Shown: one piece after another, positions 20,457-29,875 of the stretch
Position numbering within the stretch: the first letter of the stretch is position 1
Layout of the letters: the number at the start of each line of letters is the position of its first letter
Origin: a virus
Taxonomy: Duplodnaviria; Caudoviricetes
Length of the DNA: 64,000 bases
Direction: 5' to 3' (one strand)
IMG/VR virus record: IMGVR_UViG_3300032135_000291
Span: 1 to 64,000 of that record
Made by a program: the position numbers and the translations under genes
Notes under the pieces: generated by a model
Databases searched by the model: none
Told to the model about the DNA's origin: nothing
What the model saw: only the letters and a program-made list of their open reading frames with translations

Positions 20457-20527
20457 GGCGCTAAACGATCAAGGCGCCGCGCGGGACTACCACACCTCAA
20501 ATGCACCAAATCTGCTACGATCACTAA

Positions 20528-23146
20528 GTGACTACGATTGCGGTTGGATTCCCAGACATTGCTGCGTGCTGGGATGTTGAGCGCAACGGCAAGACGCCCG
20601 AAGAGGTGGGCACGAAGTCCAGCGCAGTCGCCTACTGGAAGTGCACAGAGCACCCCAGTCACACGTGGGAAGCCTCCGCGGCGAAGATGACCCAGAGGTC
20701 GTATGTGTGCCCCCGCTGCCAGAGCGTGGCGTTCCTGTTCCCGAATCTGCTTGCCGAGTGGGACTACGAAGCCAACGGTGACTTGTCTCCGTGGGATCTG
20801 TCTGCTGGGTCGTCCAAGGAGGCGCACTGGGTGTGCCGAAAGAACTCCGCGCACCGCTGGCCGGCTCGCGTCGTGTCTCGCTCGAAGCGTGGCGCGCAAT
20901 GCCCCATCTGCACGGGGCGCAAGTTGGTCTCCGGACTCAACGACCTTGCTAGCCAGTACCCGGAGGTCGCGGCCGAGTGGGACGCCGAAGCCAACGGAGA
21001 CGTGACTCCGGGAAGTGTTCACTCCGGCTCGGCAGATGAAGCGCATTGGGTGTGCTCGAACAACTCAGAGCACCGCTGGTCGGCGCGCATCAGCAACCGG
21101 ACGCACCAGGGCGCGGGCTGCCGAAAGTGCGCAGCCCAGAGCAGCGGCGAGAAGCGTCGAGGGCAGCCGACGAAGCGTCGAGCGTACGTGCCGTCGCCGG
21201 AGAGGTCCTTTGCGGCGCTGCGCCCGGACCTGCTGAGTGAGTGGGCGGATCCAGACCACGACCCGAAGACCACCGCCGGAAAGTCGAACACCAACATCCT
21301 GTGGGCTTGCCCAAAGCCTGGACACGGAACGTGGCGAGCGAAGGTATGCGAACGGACAGTCGGTCGCGGTGGGTGCCGCGTGTGCAGCGGCAAGGATGTC
21401 GTGAAGGGCGTCAACGACCTCGCGACGACTCACCCCGAACTCGCCCGTCAGATGGTTGACCCGGTAATCGCCGCTGACGCCATCAACTGGCGGTGCCGTG
21501 ACAAGGCCCTGTGGCAGTGCGTTCGCGACGAATCGCACCGGTGGCGCGCAACCGTGCGCTCGAGAGCAGACCAGGGGAACGGATGCTCGCTGTGCCGCGG
21601 ACTCCTCGCGAACAAGGGCGTCAACGACCTCGCGACGACCCACCCGCACCTCCTCGAAGAGTGGAACCACCCGAGCATCGACCCGACGACCATCAAGGCT
21701 GGCAGCGGCTTCCGCGTCCGGTGGAAGTGCTCCCGCAACCCTGCGCACGAGCCGTGGGTGACGGCCATCTCAGAGCGCGCACAGCGAGGGACGGGGTGCC
21801 CGAAGTGCGCATGGGCACCGGAGGTCGGCGAGACCGATCTCGCGACAACTCACCCGCACCTTCTCGAAGAGTGGGCCGACGAGACGGTGAGCGCCGACGA
21901 AGTCACCGCTGGCAGTGGGGCCATCGTCCAGTGGCGCTGCCGCGTCGACCAACGACACGTGTGGCCGGCGTCCGTCGCAAAGCGCGCCGCAGGGTCGGGC
22001 TGCCCGGCCTGCCGAGGACGCCTGTCCATCCCGGGCGTGAACGACCTCGCGACAACTCACCCGGAACTGGCAGCGGAATGGAACGACGCGGAGCGAGCCC
22101 CCTCGTCCGTGACTTCCCGGTCGATCTACCGCGCGACGTGGAAATGCTCCAAGAACCCCAAGCACACCTGGACGTGCCTCGTTCAGCAGCGCGCGGTCGA
22201 CGGCACAGGGTGTCCGGACTGCTGGCGCCTCACATTCACTTCCAAGGCGGAGAACGATATTGTCTCCATCGTGAAGTCGCTCTGCCCGGACGTCACGATT
22301 GTTCGCAACGACCGTTCACTCGGGGGAGGGGAACTCGATATCCACGTCCCAGAACGCCAACTGGCGATCGAGTTCAACGGCATCTACTGGCACACCGAAG
22401 ACGCAGGGCGTGACCGCGAATACCACCGCGATAAGACTCTGGCCGCTCGCGCTGCGGGCCTGCAACTGGTGCATGTATGGGAAGACGAGTGGGCCGTTCA
22501 TCGCGACGTCGTGGTGCGTGGCATCGCGCATCGCCTGAACGCGACCGACCGCCTCGGGGCGCCCGGAGTGCTCCTGGACCCTGACCCTGCGACGTGGGAG
22601 CGACTGAACGCTCGATCTCTCACCGTCGCGGCCGTGGGTGCGACCGATGCCGCCACCTTCCTCGATGCCAACCACGTGCAAGGTGGCGTCCGTGCGACAC
22701 ACCACCTCGCGCTTCTCGACGAGGCCCACGCGGTCCGTGCCGTCCTGTCGGTCATGCGCGGCAAGAGTGGGCAGTGGAGCATCGAACGGTTCGCCACTCG
22801 TGGCGTGGTTCGTGGCGGCTTCACGCGGCTGCTCGTCGCAGCAGAGCGTCGCATCACGTCGGACGGCAGCACCGTCAAGAGTTGGGCCACCTTCGCGGAC
22901 GAAGGCATGAGCATCGCCGGCCTGTACGCCAACAATGGCTTCGTTCTGGATGGCACGCTGCCGCCCGATTACCGTTACGTCGTCGCAGGGCAACGAGTGC
23001 ACAAGTTCAACTACCGGCTCAAGCGCTTCGCGGCGGATCCGTCTCTCGACTTCGTGGAAGGCGCCACGGAGCGCGAACTCGCGGAGATGAACGGTCTGGC
23101 GAGAATCTGGGACTGCGGCAAAACGCGATGGGTGAGGGACGTCTGA
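20528..23146 (+). CDS. Tandem paralog of 18498 with 8 zinc-ribbon repeats
   Basis: Same repeat unit and near-identical C-terminal domains (ELDI..AIEFNGIYWH, RIWDCGKTRW); TACGAT-N6-GTG. Confidence 0.85.
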   Translation: MTTIAVGFPDIAACWDVERNGKTPEEVGTKSSAVAYWKCTEHPSHTWEASAAKMTQRSYVCPRCQSVAFLFPNLLAEWDYEANGDLSPWDLSAGSSKEAHWVCRKNSAHRWPARVVSRSKRGAQCPICTGRKLVSGLNDLASQYPEVAAEWDAEANGDVTPGSVHSGSADEAHWVCSNNSEHRWSARISNRTHQGAGCRKCAAQSSGEKRRGQPTKRRAYVPSPERSFAALRPDLLSEWADPDHDPKTTAGKSNTNILWACPKPGHGTWRAKVCERTVGRGGCRVCSGKDVVKGVNDLATTHPELARQMVDPVIAADAINWRCRDKALWQCVRDESHRWRATVRSRADQGNGCSLCRGLLANKGVNDLATTHPHLLEEWNHPSIDPTTIKAGSGFRVRWKCSRNPAHEPWVTAISERAQRGTGCPKCAWAPEVGETDLATTHPHLLEEWADETVSADEVTAGSGAIVQWRCRVDQRHVWPASVAKRAAGSGCPACRGRLSIPGVNDLATTHPELAAEWNDAERAPSSVTSRSIYRATWKCSKNPKHTWTCLVQQRAVDGTGCPDCWRLTFTSKAENDIVSIVKSLCPDVTIVRNDRSLGGGELDIHVPERQLAIEFNGIYWHTEDAGRDREYHRDKTLAARAAGLQLVHVWEDEWAVHRDVVVRGIAHRLNATDRLGAPGVLLDPDPATWERLNARSLTVAAVGATDAATFLDANHVQGGVRATHHLALLDEAHAVRAVLSVMRGKSGQWSIERFATRGVVRGGFTRLLVAAERRITSDGSTVKSWATFADEGMSIAGLYANNGFVLDGTLPPDYRYVVAGQRVHKFNYRLKRFAADPSLDFVEGATERELAEMNGLARIWDCGKTRWVRDV
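21411..22063 (+). repeat. Intragenic direct repeats encoding NDLATTHP
   Basis: AACGACCTCGCGACRACYCACCC-like unit near 21411, 21621, 21837 and 22040. Confidence 0.8.
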
Positions 23147-24474
23147 TGGGCAAGAAGGCGAAGATGGGCACGCCGGCGCAGCAGGTGCGCGTTGGACTGA
23201 ATCTGGCGGTGTGGCAGATGCGGCTTGCCGTCGAAGACGGGCTGCTGACGCGCCTGAGTGACGCTTCCTATGAGCCTGTACAAGTGGCACGAGCGCTCTC
23301 GGACCCGGAGCGCTTCCACCGGGAACTGCACGCCGCGGAGCGACTGAACGCAACCGAGGCTGCCGCCGACCTTGGGGTTTCGGTACCTGTGTTCAAACGA
23401 GCCATGAGTCGGGTTGCGCTGGAGCCGGCCGAAGTGGTTGATGTGCGCAAGTATGGCCAGGTGCTGACGGTGCGCAAGTGGAGGCGCGGCGATCTGCGGC
23501 GGCTTGTTGCCCCGGTGATCGAAATCGACGAAGTGCTCCGTGAGAGCGTAGCGCCCGTGGCGAGATCCGAGGCGGCAAAAAAGGCTGCGTCCACGCGCCG
23601 ACGAAATGCGGAGCAGCGCACCGCGGCAGTAGAGCAGATGGAGTCTGCGCTGATCCTGGGGACGCTCGACACGGAATCGACCGCATCGCTGTGCCGGCTC
23701 CACGTCGCGCTGTCGGACGACGCCTCCGGTGAGTATGCCAGAGACGCCGCGTGGGCGGAATCTGTTAGCAGGGCGCGGCTCGCCCCTGTTGAGCGCGACG
23801 AATGGCTGGCCCGCGTCGAGGCGGCAGCCGGCGGGGTCATGACGCGCCTGGAGGACGTGTGGGTTGTGGAGCAAGAATCTGGAATCGACGCGCAGGCCAT
23901 CCGACGTAGGGTCCCGATGGTGGGGCACAAGGTGCTTCTCGAGTGGGTGGAGTTGCACGCTTCACGCAACCCAAACTGGGCGACGGCCGCACGTGCGGCT
24001 TTTGATCAGCGCACTGCGCAGAGGGCGGAGCGGGAGCGCGACGCTATCGCAAAGGAGGCGTGGGGGCACCAAGTCCCGACGTCTGAGGTCGCTGCGAGCG
24101 TCGGACTTGATGTGGAGACATTGCGCGCCCTGTTGCCCGGAGGGGTGACAGTCGGCGCGTTGATGAAGGTGATGGCTCTGCCGATCAACAAGCGCCCCGT
24201 GTGGGCTCAGGGCGCCGAGCGTGCGCGAGGCGAGATCGCTCGCCTTGCCGCTGTGCGCGAAGCGGAGAACGCGCAGCGGGCCGCCAGGGTCCAACGCCGT
24301 CGCGAACTGTGGGCGGGTCACCTCGGGGTCGATGTCGACTTGGTGCCAGATAGTTTCGCGAAGAGCACTGCATTCTCGCGCGGACATCGAGATCGGTCGA
24401 ATAAGCGGATCAAGCGCTTCAATTGGGTTGCTGGCGCGCGGGAGGAAACAGCGTCGCGCAGACTGCGTCGGTAA
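23146..24474 (+). CDS. Hypothetical protein
   Basis: Long ORF whose ATG overlaps the upstream TGA. Confidence 0.65.
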   Translation: MGKKAKMGTPAQQVRVGLNLAVWQMRLAVEDGLLTRLSDASYEPVQVARALSDPERFHRELHAAERLNATEAAADLGVSVPVFKRAMSRVALEPAEVVDVRKYGQVLTVRKWRRGDLRRLVAPVIEIDEVLRESVAPVARSEAAKKAASTRRRNAEQRTAAVEQMESALILGTLDTESTASLCRLHVALSDDASGEYARDAAWAESVSRARLAPVERDEWLARVEAAAGGVMTRLEDVWVVEQESGIDAQAIRRRVPMVGHKVLLEWVELHASRNPNWATAARAAFDQRTAQRAERERDAIAKEAWGHQVPTSEVAASVGLDVETLRALLPGGVTVGALMKVMALPINKRPVWAQGAERARGEIARLAAVREAENAQRAARVQRRRELWAGHLGVDVDLVPDSFAKSTAFSRGHRDRSNKRIKRFNWVAGAREETASRRLRR

Positions 24475-24715
24475 TTGCTCCTTGGTGCGGAACCCGAGAG
24501 TTCGCTCGGCAAGGAGACAGGACGAGTCCAGCCCTGTCGCTCGGGAGGTTCGGCCCCGCTGACGCGCGCGAGGTGATGGCGGTGAGCCGTGGCGTTTGGC
24601 GGATAGAGACCCGCGGCGAGCATCTCGTCGCCCACCGTCCGTAAGGGCAGGGACTGCGAGCGGCACTTTGGTTAAGCGGTCGGCTAGTCGCCGCCAGCGT
24701 CCGACACGAAGCGAG

Positions 24716-24725
24716 CGGATACCTT
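24716..24725 (+). promoter_or_regulatory. Class B promoter motif
   Basis: CGGA-TACCTT-N6-ATG 24732. Confidence 0.7.
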
Positions 24726-24731
24726 GACGCT

Positions 24732-25784
24732 ATGAGCCGTTGCAGCGCCCCAGTCTGGGGGCACAAGACCGACAAGTCGCGAGAGAAGTGTCCCGTGCAC
24801 CGGCTGAGCACGAAGGTCCCCGGGCGCCTTGCCGCGCCGCCGTCACCGCGCGGATCTTCTGGCGGCTCGGTGGACGACTTCCCCGAGCACACGTTCTTGG
24901 ATCCCGGGATGGTGGCCTCGATCGACTACTCCCGCACGACGCGAGGGCGCGACAAGTCGTACTCGCGTGAGTGGAAGGGCCTTCACACCGCGACGAAGGG
25001 GCAGATTCGCCCAGGTCGAATCAACACGGGGTACACGATCGCAAAGGTCGCAGACCTCGCGGGCGTCGTCCGCCTAGGACCGAAGCCCGTGGCGTTTGAC
25101 GCCTGCGACTTCCCGTCCGGGACCATGACAAACACCTACGCGGCTGTGATGTACGAAGCGTGCCGTTTCGCCGACGGGCTGGAAGTTACCGCCCCCGGCT
25201 CAGAGATCAACCGTTGCGTGGTGATGGGGAAACTGGTGGTCGGCGGAGGCGTGCGAGCGAAAGGGACCTACGTCAGCGGTCGCATATACATCAACGACGT
25301 GAATTCGGCCCTTGACGGTGTCGTCGTTGTCGGGCCCGTCAGTGCCCCGTGTAGCCCCGCCCTCGTGGTGGATTCGTACTCCGCGACGGGGTGGCTTCTT
25401 GGCCCAAACGTCTCTGGATTCAAGGACGGCTACTGTCGCCTCTCCCGTCCGGGGCAGTTGGTCGTCGTGCCGGACCACGAGTTGGACCGTCCGGTCGTAG
25501 AGGTCCCTGACGACGGCACGATCGGCGTGGTCACCGAGTCGGAGTCGTTGACCATGTTTGGCGACGCGTACGCGTCGCCCGTCAAGGAGGCTGCGGAGGT
25601 CGAACGCCGCATGCGGACGTTCTCGTCGCTCCTGGGCCGCCCCAAGGACGACTCTGACGGCCGGTGGCTTGACGGCCGCAACCATGGGGCCTGGACGACG
25701 CTGATCGACCTGGGCGGCATCGATGGCGACGAAGTCAACGAGGAGTCCCTTAGCGTGGCGTTGGCGCTGAGCCCGAACCCGTAA
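24732..25784 (+). CDS. Zn-knuckle / LALxPNP family protein (beta-rich middle)
   Basis: CSAPVWGHKTDKSREKCPVH ... WLDGRNHGAW ... VALALSPNP*. Confidence 0.8.
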   Translation: MSRCSAPVWGHKTDKSREKCPVHRLSTKVPGRLAAPPSPRGSSGGSVDDFPEHTFLDPGMVASIDYSRTTRGRDKSYSREWKGLHTATKGQIRPGRINTGYTIAKVADLAGVVRLGPKPVAFDACDFPSGTMTNTYAAVMYEACRFADGLEVTAPGSEINRCVVMGKLVVGGGVRAKGTYVSGRIYINDVNSALDGVVVVGPVSAPCSPALVVDSYSATGWLLGPNVSGFKDGYCRLSRPGQLVVVPDHELDRPVVEVPDDGTIGVVTESESLTMFGDAYASPVKEAAEVERRMRTFSSLLGRPKDDSDGRWLDGRNHGAWTTLIDLGGIDGDEVNEESLSVALALSPNP

Positions 25785-25807
25785 GGCCGGCATCGCTCGC
25801 CGCCGGC

Positions 25808-25817
25808 TGGATACCAT
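25808..25817 (+). promoter_or_regulatory. Class B promoter motif
   Basis: TGGA-TACCAT-N6-ATG 25824. Confidence 0.75.
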
Positions 25818-25823
25818 CACGAC

Positions 25824-26864
25824 ATGAGCCTCCCGCGGTGCACCGCACCTACCGGTCACCGGACGCATTCGGGAAGGGCGAAGTGCCCGCTCCATAGTCA
25901 CTCTCCGATACAGGGCCCGATCCGTCGCCCAGCGGTGCCGAAGGGCGTGGAAGTACCCGTGAACCAGGAAAGCGCCCTTGAAGCGTTGCTCACGCTGCCT
26001 CCCACGGCCACCCTCGCCGAGACGATGACCGCGTACTACCGGCTGGAGCGCCAGGCGCGCGAGTTCTTCGCGGGCAACGAGAGGACTCGCCTCGACGTAT
26101 TGCGCGTACTCGCAGAGGAGCGCGGCGAGACGATTCGCGCTCGGGTCGCCATCAACAAGAGCGCCGACGAGCCGCTGCTTCGCACCCTCGCGGAGGACCC
26201 CGACCCCGAGGTGCGCAGGGTCGTCGCCCACAACTTCAAGTGCCCGCCCGACGTTCTGGATGCACTCTCGCGCGACGCGGTGAGGGAGGTGCGAAAGTCT
26301 GTCGGGATGTGTCACCGAACGCCACTCCCCGCACTCGAGCGGTTGGTTCGCGACCCCGTGCGGTTCGTTCGAGGCGCGGCCATGACGAATCCTGTGTGGC
26401 CACGAGAGGACCTGGAAAGGCTAGGGGCCGAATTCCGGGAGACGACGGAAGAGGAGGGTCTGGCCGCGAACGTCAACCTCCCACCAGAGATGCTTCGGGA
26501 GATCGCCCTGCGCGCCCCGCGCACCCCCGGCAAGAAGGAGTCGCGCAAGTTCCGTGCCGCGGCGAACCCGTCGACACCGGAGGATGCCCTGCTGGTTTTG
26601 GCGGACACCGGGGACTACAACTCGGGGCTCTTGCGAAACCCCAAGGTGCCGTCCATCGCCGTCCAGCGGATTGCGGAGGGCGGGGACGACCCGCACGTGC
26701 GGAAGCGGGCGCTCGAAGTCCGTGCCGCACGCATCTTCGAGGCCACCGGGGTACAGCCCGACAACGTGGGCGCTCAGGACTACCTCGTCGACACCGAGTG
26801 GTGGACGCTGACGCCGGACTCCCCCGAGGTGACGCTAGCCCTAGCGCTCTCCCCGGACTTGTGA
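25824..26864 (+). CDS. Zn-knuckle / LALxPNP family protein with LRV/HEAT-like repeats
   Basis: CTAPTGHRTHSGRAKCPLH; LAEDPDPEVRRVVAHN repeats; WWTLTPDSPEVTLALALSPDL*. Confidence 0.8.
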   Translation: MSLPRCTAPTGHRTHSGRAKCPLHSHSPIQGPIRRPAVPKGVEVPVNQESALEALLTLPPTATLAETMTAYYRLERQAREFFAGNERTRLDVLRVLAEERGETIRARVAINKSADEPLLRTLAEDPDPEVRRVVAHNFKCPPDVLDALSRDAVREVRKSVGMCHRTPLPALERLVRDPVRFVRGAAMTNPVWPREDLERLGAEFRETTEEEGLAANVNLPPEMLREIALRAPRTPGKKESRKFRAAANPSTPEDALLVLADTGDYNSGLLRNPKVPSIAVQRIAEGGDDPHVRKRALEVRAARIFEATGVQPDNVGAQDYLVDTEWWTLTPDSPEVTLALALSPDL

Positions 26865-26885
26865 GTTCACCCCAAAGCGATTCAT

Positions 26886-26908
26886 CGGCGGGGCTAAAGA
26901 CCCCGCCG
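26886..26908 (+). terminator. GC-rich intergenic hairpin
   Basis: CGGCGGGG-N7-CCCCGCCG; weak U tail. Confidence 0.4.
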
Positions 26909-26936
26909 CTCTCTCGCTAAAGGCTTAGGTAGCGCA

Positions 26937-26946
26937 TGGATACCGT
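26937..26946 (+). promoter_or_regulatory. Class B promoter motif
   Basis: TGGA-TACCGT-N6-ATG 26953. Confidence 0.75.
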
Positions 26947-26952
26947 CCGGTC

Positions 26953-27663
26953 ATGAGCAGCAACCCAATGATTCAGCCCTGCCCCAACGGCGGCAAGTGC
27001 GGCGCACGCACCCACGACGTGACCAAGAACCAGTTCCGTGAGTGCAAGCGGCTGGCCTCCTCGGGTATCAGGTCGATGGCCGGGGCGAGTGCAGCGCCCC
27101 CACCTCCGTCTGCTCCGCACGCCTTTGATGCCGCCGCGTTTGATGAGTCCATGGCGCAGGTGCGCACGCGACTGGCCTCCGCTGAGACTGACGCGCAAGA
27201 GGCAATACGCCGCCGGTTCGTTGGTCACGTAGATGCGCAAATTGCAGTGGCAGAAACCGTGTGCCGTCGCATCGAAAGACTGGACTGGGAACCGGATGGC
27301 GACAATGACGAGATGACTCTGGCGCTGACGTGCGGTTGCAGCGGCGAAGGTGTCGACGCCAGACGCTTCTTGGACGAGCACGACGTCTCGTCAAATATCG
27401 CGCTGGGCGTGCTCGAATCCTCGCGGGAGTGGCGGGAGTTCCCGACGTTCTCCGGATCGTCCCCAGTCAGCGCCGTCGACGACGAGGAAGACGACTACGA
27501 GCAGGTCTGGCGGTGGGACGGCATGGGTAACCACATGGAGGCGTTTGGGTTGAGTGCGAACAACGACGGTGCGCGCGCCTTCCTGCGCGACTACGAGTGG
27601 TGGGATCTCAACTCGGAGTCCCCGGAGGTCGCTCTCGCGAAAACGCTTCATCCGGGCTCGTAG
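26953..27663 (+). CDS. Zn-knuckle (CCHC) family protein with shared C-terminal domain
   Basis: CPNGGKCGARTHDVTKNQFREC; WWDLNSESPEVALAKTLHPGS*. Confidence 0.8.
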   Translation: MSSNPMIQPCPNGGKCGARTHDVTKNQFRECKRLASSGIRSMAGASAAPPPPSAPHAFDAAAFDESMAQVRTRLASAETDAQEAIRRRFVGHVDAQIAVAETVCRRIERLDWEPDGDNDEMTLALTCGCSGEGVDARRFLDEHDVSSNIALGVLESSREWREFPTFSGSSPVSAVDDEEDDYEQVWRWDGMGNHMEAFGLSANNDGARAFLRDYEWWDLNSESPEVALAKTLHPGS

Positions 27664-27667
27664 CGCC

Positions 27668-27677
27668 TGGATACCGT
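27668..27677 (+). promoter_or_regulatory. Class B promoter motif
   Basis: TGGA-TACCGT-N6-ATG 27684. Confidence 0.75.
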
Positions 27678-27683
27678 CAGGGC

Positions 27684-28406
27684 ATGAGCAATCCGATGAT
27701 CCAGCCCTGTCCTAACGGCGGAAAATGTGGCGCACGCACCCACGACGTGTCGAAGGCTCAGTTTCACGAGTGCAAGCGGGCGGCGTTCGGGTTGCCGCCG
27801 ACGGCCGTCTGGGCTTCTGCCCCCGTGCTGCAATCACCCGAGCCCATTGACCCAGTTGGGTCCACCGACTTCGAGGCCGCCATCAAGACTGCGTGCGACG
27901 CCGCGGGGGCGGCCGAGACGGCTTCTTATCACGCCAGGAAGAAGGCCTTCGCGGCGCAAATCGAGGCGGCGGTAGTGGTCGCCCGGGCTACCTGCAAGAG
28001 TCTCGAATCCATGAAGTGGACAGGAGACGATGAGGGCGGACAGTCAACGACGCTGGCCTTGTTCTGTGGGTGTGAGCAGGCTGAATGCGATCCCGAGGAC
28101 GGACTCGATGCTGACGGAGAGTTTCTGAGCGCGCACGGCATCGACTCCTGGAACGCGCAAGGCGCGCTCGACGGCAGGCCCGACAAGGGCGACTTCGAGT
28201 CATTTCACTGGGAGGCGGACCTCAACGAGCCCAGCAAATATGACTACAAGTGGACGCGCGACTTCTTCGACGAGCACGTCACGGCCCTCGGTGTTGACGA
28301 GTCAAATAAGCCCGCTCGTGATTTCCTGCGCGATTATGAGTGGTCGACGCTGACGCCAGAATCGCCAGAGGTGGCCCTAGCGAAGACGCTGCACCCCGAC
28401 GTGTAG
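27684..28406 (+). CDS. Tandem paralog of 26953
   Basis: CPNGGKCGARTHDVSKAQFHEC; WSTLTPESPEVALAKTLHPDV*. Confidence 0.8.
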   Translation: MSNPMIQPCPNGGKCGARTHDVSKAQFHECKRAAFGLPPTAVWASAPVLQSPEPIDPVGSTDFEAAIKTACDAAGAAETASYHARKKAFAAQIEAAVVVARATCKSLESMKWTGDDEGGQSTTLALFCGCEQAECDPEDGLDADGEFLSAHGIDSWNAQGALDGRPDKGDFESFHWEADLNEPSKYDYKWTRDFFDEHVTALGVDESNKPARDFLRDYEWSTLTPESPEVALAKTLHPDV

Positions 28407-28615
28407 TCGGAACAGAACTGACGGGGACTCTCGTCGGCTTTCCTGCGGAAGTCGGGTTTGAGAATTGGGCGCTTGACGGCTTCGTCCACCGCCTGCAACC
28501 TGGCGCCGTGCGCGCTTGCCAAATTGCGCACATTGCTGGGGCCACGTAGCGGAGTCACTATGCTTCCCGTAGACCGCAACAGGTTTTATTGCCGAGCAGT
28601 ATTCACGAGGGAGAC

Positions 28616-28948
28616 ATGCCTGTGTCACGACAGATAGTCGTCATTCTTAAAGACGATGTTGACGGGGGAGACGGAGACGAAACTGTCAATTTCGCGCTGG
28701 ATGGCGTCACCTACGAGATTGACCTTTCAACGCAGAACGCGGACGCACTAAGGGCGGCGATGGAGCCCTGGATTTCTGCGGGCCGTCGCGTCCGCTCGAA
28801 GCGGTCAGAGTCCGCGGGCGGGACAACCCGGTCGGCCAAGCGCGATTCCACCCGGATCAGAACGTGGGCGGCGGCCCACGGCTACGAGGTCGGCGAACGC
28901 GGGCGCATCCCCGGGGACGTCGAGAAGGCGTACTTCGACAGCCTGTGA
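28616..28948 (+). CDS. lsr2: Lsr2 nucleoid-associated protein
   Basis: DDVDG..DETVNFALDGVTYEIDLS..NADALR; IRTWA..GYEVGERGRIP. Confidence 0.95.
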   Translation: MPVSRQIVVILKDDVDGGDGDETVNFALDGVTYEIDLSTQNADALRAAMEPWISAGRRVRSKRSESAGGTTRSAKRDSTRIRTWAAAHGYEVGERGRIPGDVEKAYFDSL

Positions 28949-28956
28949 CCTTGGCG

Positions 28957-28966
28957 TGGATACCGT
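28957..28966 (+). promoter_or_regulatory. Class B promoter motif
   Basis: TGGA-TACCGT-N6-ATG 28973. Confidence 0.75.
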
Positions 28967-28972
28967 ACGGGT

Positions 28973-29833
28973 ATGAAGTGTTCAGCGCCCGTGGAGGGGC
29001 ACACCAGTCGGTCGGAAGAGTTGAAGTGTCCGGCGCACGGCAAGAGCGACCCCGCGCGGCGCTCTGCTCGTGCACCTTCCGCGCCGACCAGTCCTGACGG
29101 CGCATACCCCAACGCGGACGTCACGGCCAAGGCGTCCGCCAATGGCGCCGCCACTCGGGGGCTACGAGTGTCCGGCACGCTGACCGCAGCACACAACTCC
29201 GTCGTCGAGGACTGCGTTGCTGGCGCCATCACCGTGAATACCGGCGCCACCTTGACGGACTGCCACGCCATCGAGAGCGGCCAGCAGGAAGACCGCCCGC
29301 CAAACGCCTTCATCGAGGGGTACTGCAGCGACATCTCAATGACCAACTGCACTGCGCAGGGCATCAAGTTGCAGATCAGGAACTCGTCGATCGTCGACTG
29401 CCACGCACGAGGCAACTTCGCGATGGAGAGTGCGGTGGAGAGCGAGGTCGTTGGGTGCACGTCAGATCGCATGATCGTGCTGGACGACGGATACAAGACT
29501 CGGGTCGTCATCACGGAGCCCGGGCAGATTTTCGTGTCTCCTAGATCCAACTTGGAGTGCGCCGTCGAGTGCCCGATAGACCTCACCATCATCCTTCCGT
29601 CCGACCACCCGTGGCATAATCCCAGGAGCGGCGATGACGTGACGTGGATCAACAAGGAGATCGCTCTCCGCCGATCGCTGGTGCTGCGCCCAAAGGACGG
29701 CTCGCACGGTCTTTGGCTGGACGCACGCAATGAGAAAGCCTGGGAGGCTCTTCTCGAGTCCGCCGACCTGGAAGCCTGCTCGGTCGAGGACAGCGCCGTG
29801 TTCGTCGCGTTGGCGCTATACCCGAACCCCTAG
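28973..29833 (+). CDS. Zn-knuckle / LALxPNP family protein (beta-helix-like middle)
   Basis: CSAPVEGHTSRSEELKCPAH ... WLDARNEKAW ... VALALYPNP*. Confidence 0.8.
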   Translation: MKCSAPVEGHTSRSEELKCPAHGKSDPARRSARAPSAPTSPDGAYPNADVTAKASANGAATRGLRVSGTLTAAHNSVVEDCVAGAITVNTGATLTDCHAIESGQQEDRPPNAFIEGYCSDISMTNCTAQGIKLQIRNSSIVDCHARGNFAMESAVESEVVGCTSDRMIVLDDGYKTRVVITEPGQIFVSPRSNLECAVECPIDLTIILPSDHPWHNPRSGDDVTWINKEIALRRSLVLRPKDGSHGLWLDARNEKAWEALLESADLEACSVEDSAVFVALALYPNP

Positions 29834-29856
29834 GCTCGGTCTGGCTCAATCCAACT

Positions 29857-29868
29857 GTGTGGTAGCCT
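29857..29868 (+). promoter_or_regulatory. Class A promoter motif (extended -10)
   Basis: GTGTGG-TAGCCT-N7-ATG 29876. Confidence 0.65.
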
Positions 29869-29875
29869 TTAACGC

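Noticed and set aside
21411-22063. Regularly recurring ~23-nt repeats resembling a CRISPR array
   Set aside because: In-frame coding repeats (NDLATTHP) about 210 nt apart; no cas genes or spacer-sized intervals
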